NCBI GenBank assembly: GCA_012026655.1
Contig: JAAILG010000001.1
Location: 310,001-374,000 of the forward strand
Direction: 5' to 3'
Source of the DNA: Hydrolagus affinis
Lineage: Eukaryota
DNA: 64,000 nt
Under the pieces are notes generated by a model that ran no database searches, was not told where the DNA came from, and saw nothing but the letters and a program-made list of their open reading frames with translations. Position numbers and translations under genes: made by a program. Position 1 is the first letter of the stretch, and the number at the start of each line of letters is the position of its first letter. This document shows, piece by piece, positions 63,336 through 64,000 of the stretch.

Positions 63336-64000
63336 AATATGTTTTTTTTCCAAAATAATAATCCAGAACAACACTGTACACCAGAATTAAGAACACAAGT
63401 CAGGAAGTTGAAATTATAAACACATGGAATGCATTTCTATTTATTACACAATGGTGAGAAAGAGTTAAAATTCTAATCTTGATTTAAATTTGGATGAGAT
63501 GTTAATGCAGACCTGAAATGTTAATTGAGAAAAAAAATCATGTCCTCATGTTTTTTGTGTGCTATTTCTGCATTTTCAAATATAGATCAAGAAAACAATG
63601 ACCTTGAACCCTCCACCAAAAAATTCATTTCAGAAAACTTAGATATCTAACATTTTATTTTGCCTTCTGAGAAATTCAACAACCTCTCCTTCCATCTGAA
63701 GTCAAGGTCATTGTTTGCACATGGTGCAGTAAGTGAAATCATAATCTTTTCATGATTCTGTTGGTAACATGCTAGGTAGCATTCTGCTTATTTATATAAA
63801 TATACAAATATATATATATACCTCAATGCAAGCTGTTTCTCCAGTTCATTTGTGCTTTTTTTGTTATTCAAGGTCATTATTCGGATAAATAAACCATCCA
63901 ACTACTGAACACACTACTAAAGCATCATGGAGAGAGGGTACACAGAAGAGGAAATAACTCTCTCTGGGAGAAATTACATTCGATGAGGGCCAACCATATA

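Noticed and set aside
137-63390. Short ORFs (60-133 aa) in the six-frame track as genes
   Set aside because: No recognisable domains. Lengths fit chance in AT-rich DNA and many overlap repeats; only the L2-derived ones show homology.

Overview
Eukaryotic, AT-rich, CpG-depleted vertebrate DNA. I found no recognisable protein-coding gene, so this is probably a long intron or gene desert. The repeat set suggests a cartilaginous fish, probably a chimaera such as elephant shark (inference, not verified). It includes (TTG)n-tailed L2 LINEs, CR1 remnants, tRNA-headed SINEs with (TTA)n tails, Deu-domain, LF-SINE-like and AmnSINE2-like SINEs, and a shark-type Penelope terminus; family names are from memory. 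The only ORFs with clear homology are decayed L2 and CR1 reverse-transcriptase fragments. The most notable observations are: (1) a 151-bp insert with a 10-bp TSD inside an L2, carrying a minimal hammerhead ribozyme core (42216-42366, minus strand); (2) a 306-bp hAT/Charlie MITE with TIRs and a perfect 8-bp TSD, plus an independent L2 insertion, both landing in the same hairpin loop (TTCTAGA) of the SINE tail in two different copies; (3) an apparent excess of TAC(A/T)GTA heptamers resembling Tc1/mariner excision footprints; (4) many ~60-nt tail-only L2 inserts, two of which form a tail-to-tail hairpin; (5) weak candidates for a CpG-retaining first exon, a micro-exon pair and homeodomain enhancers. 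I see no evidence of a new multi-gene system. Boundaries of decayed repeats are approximate.
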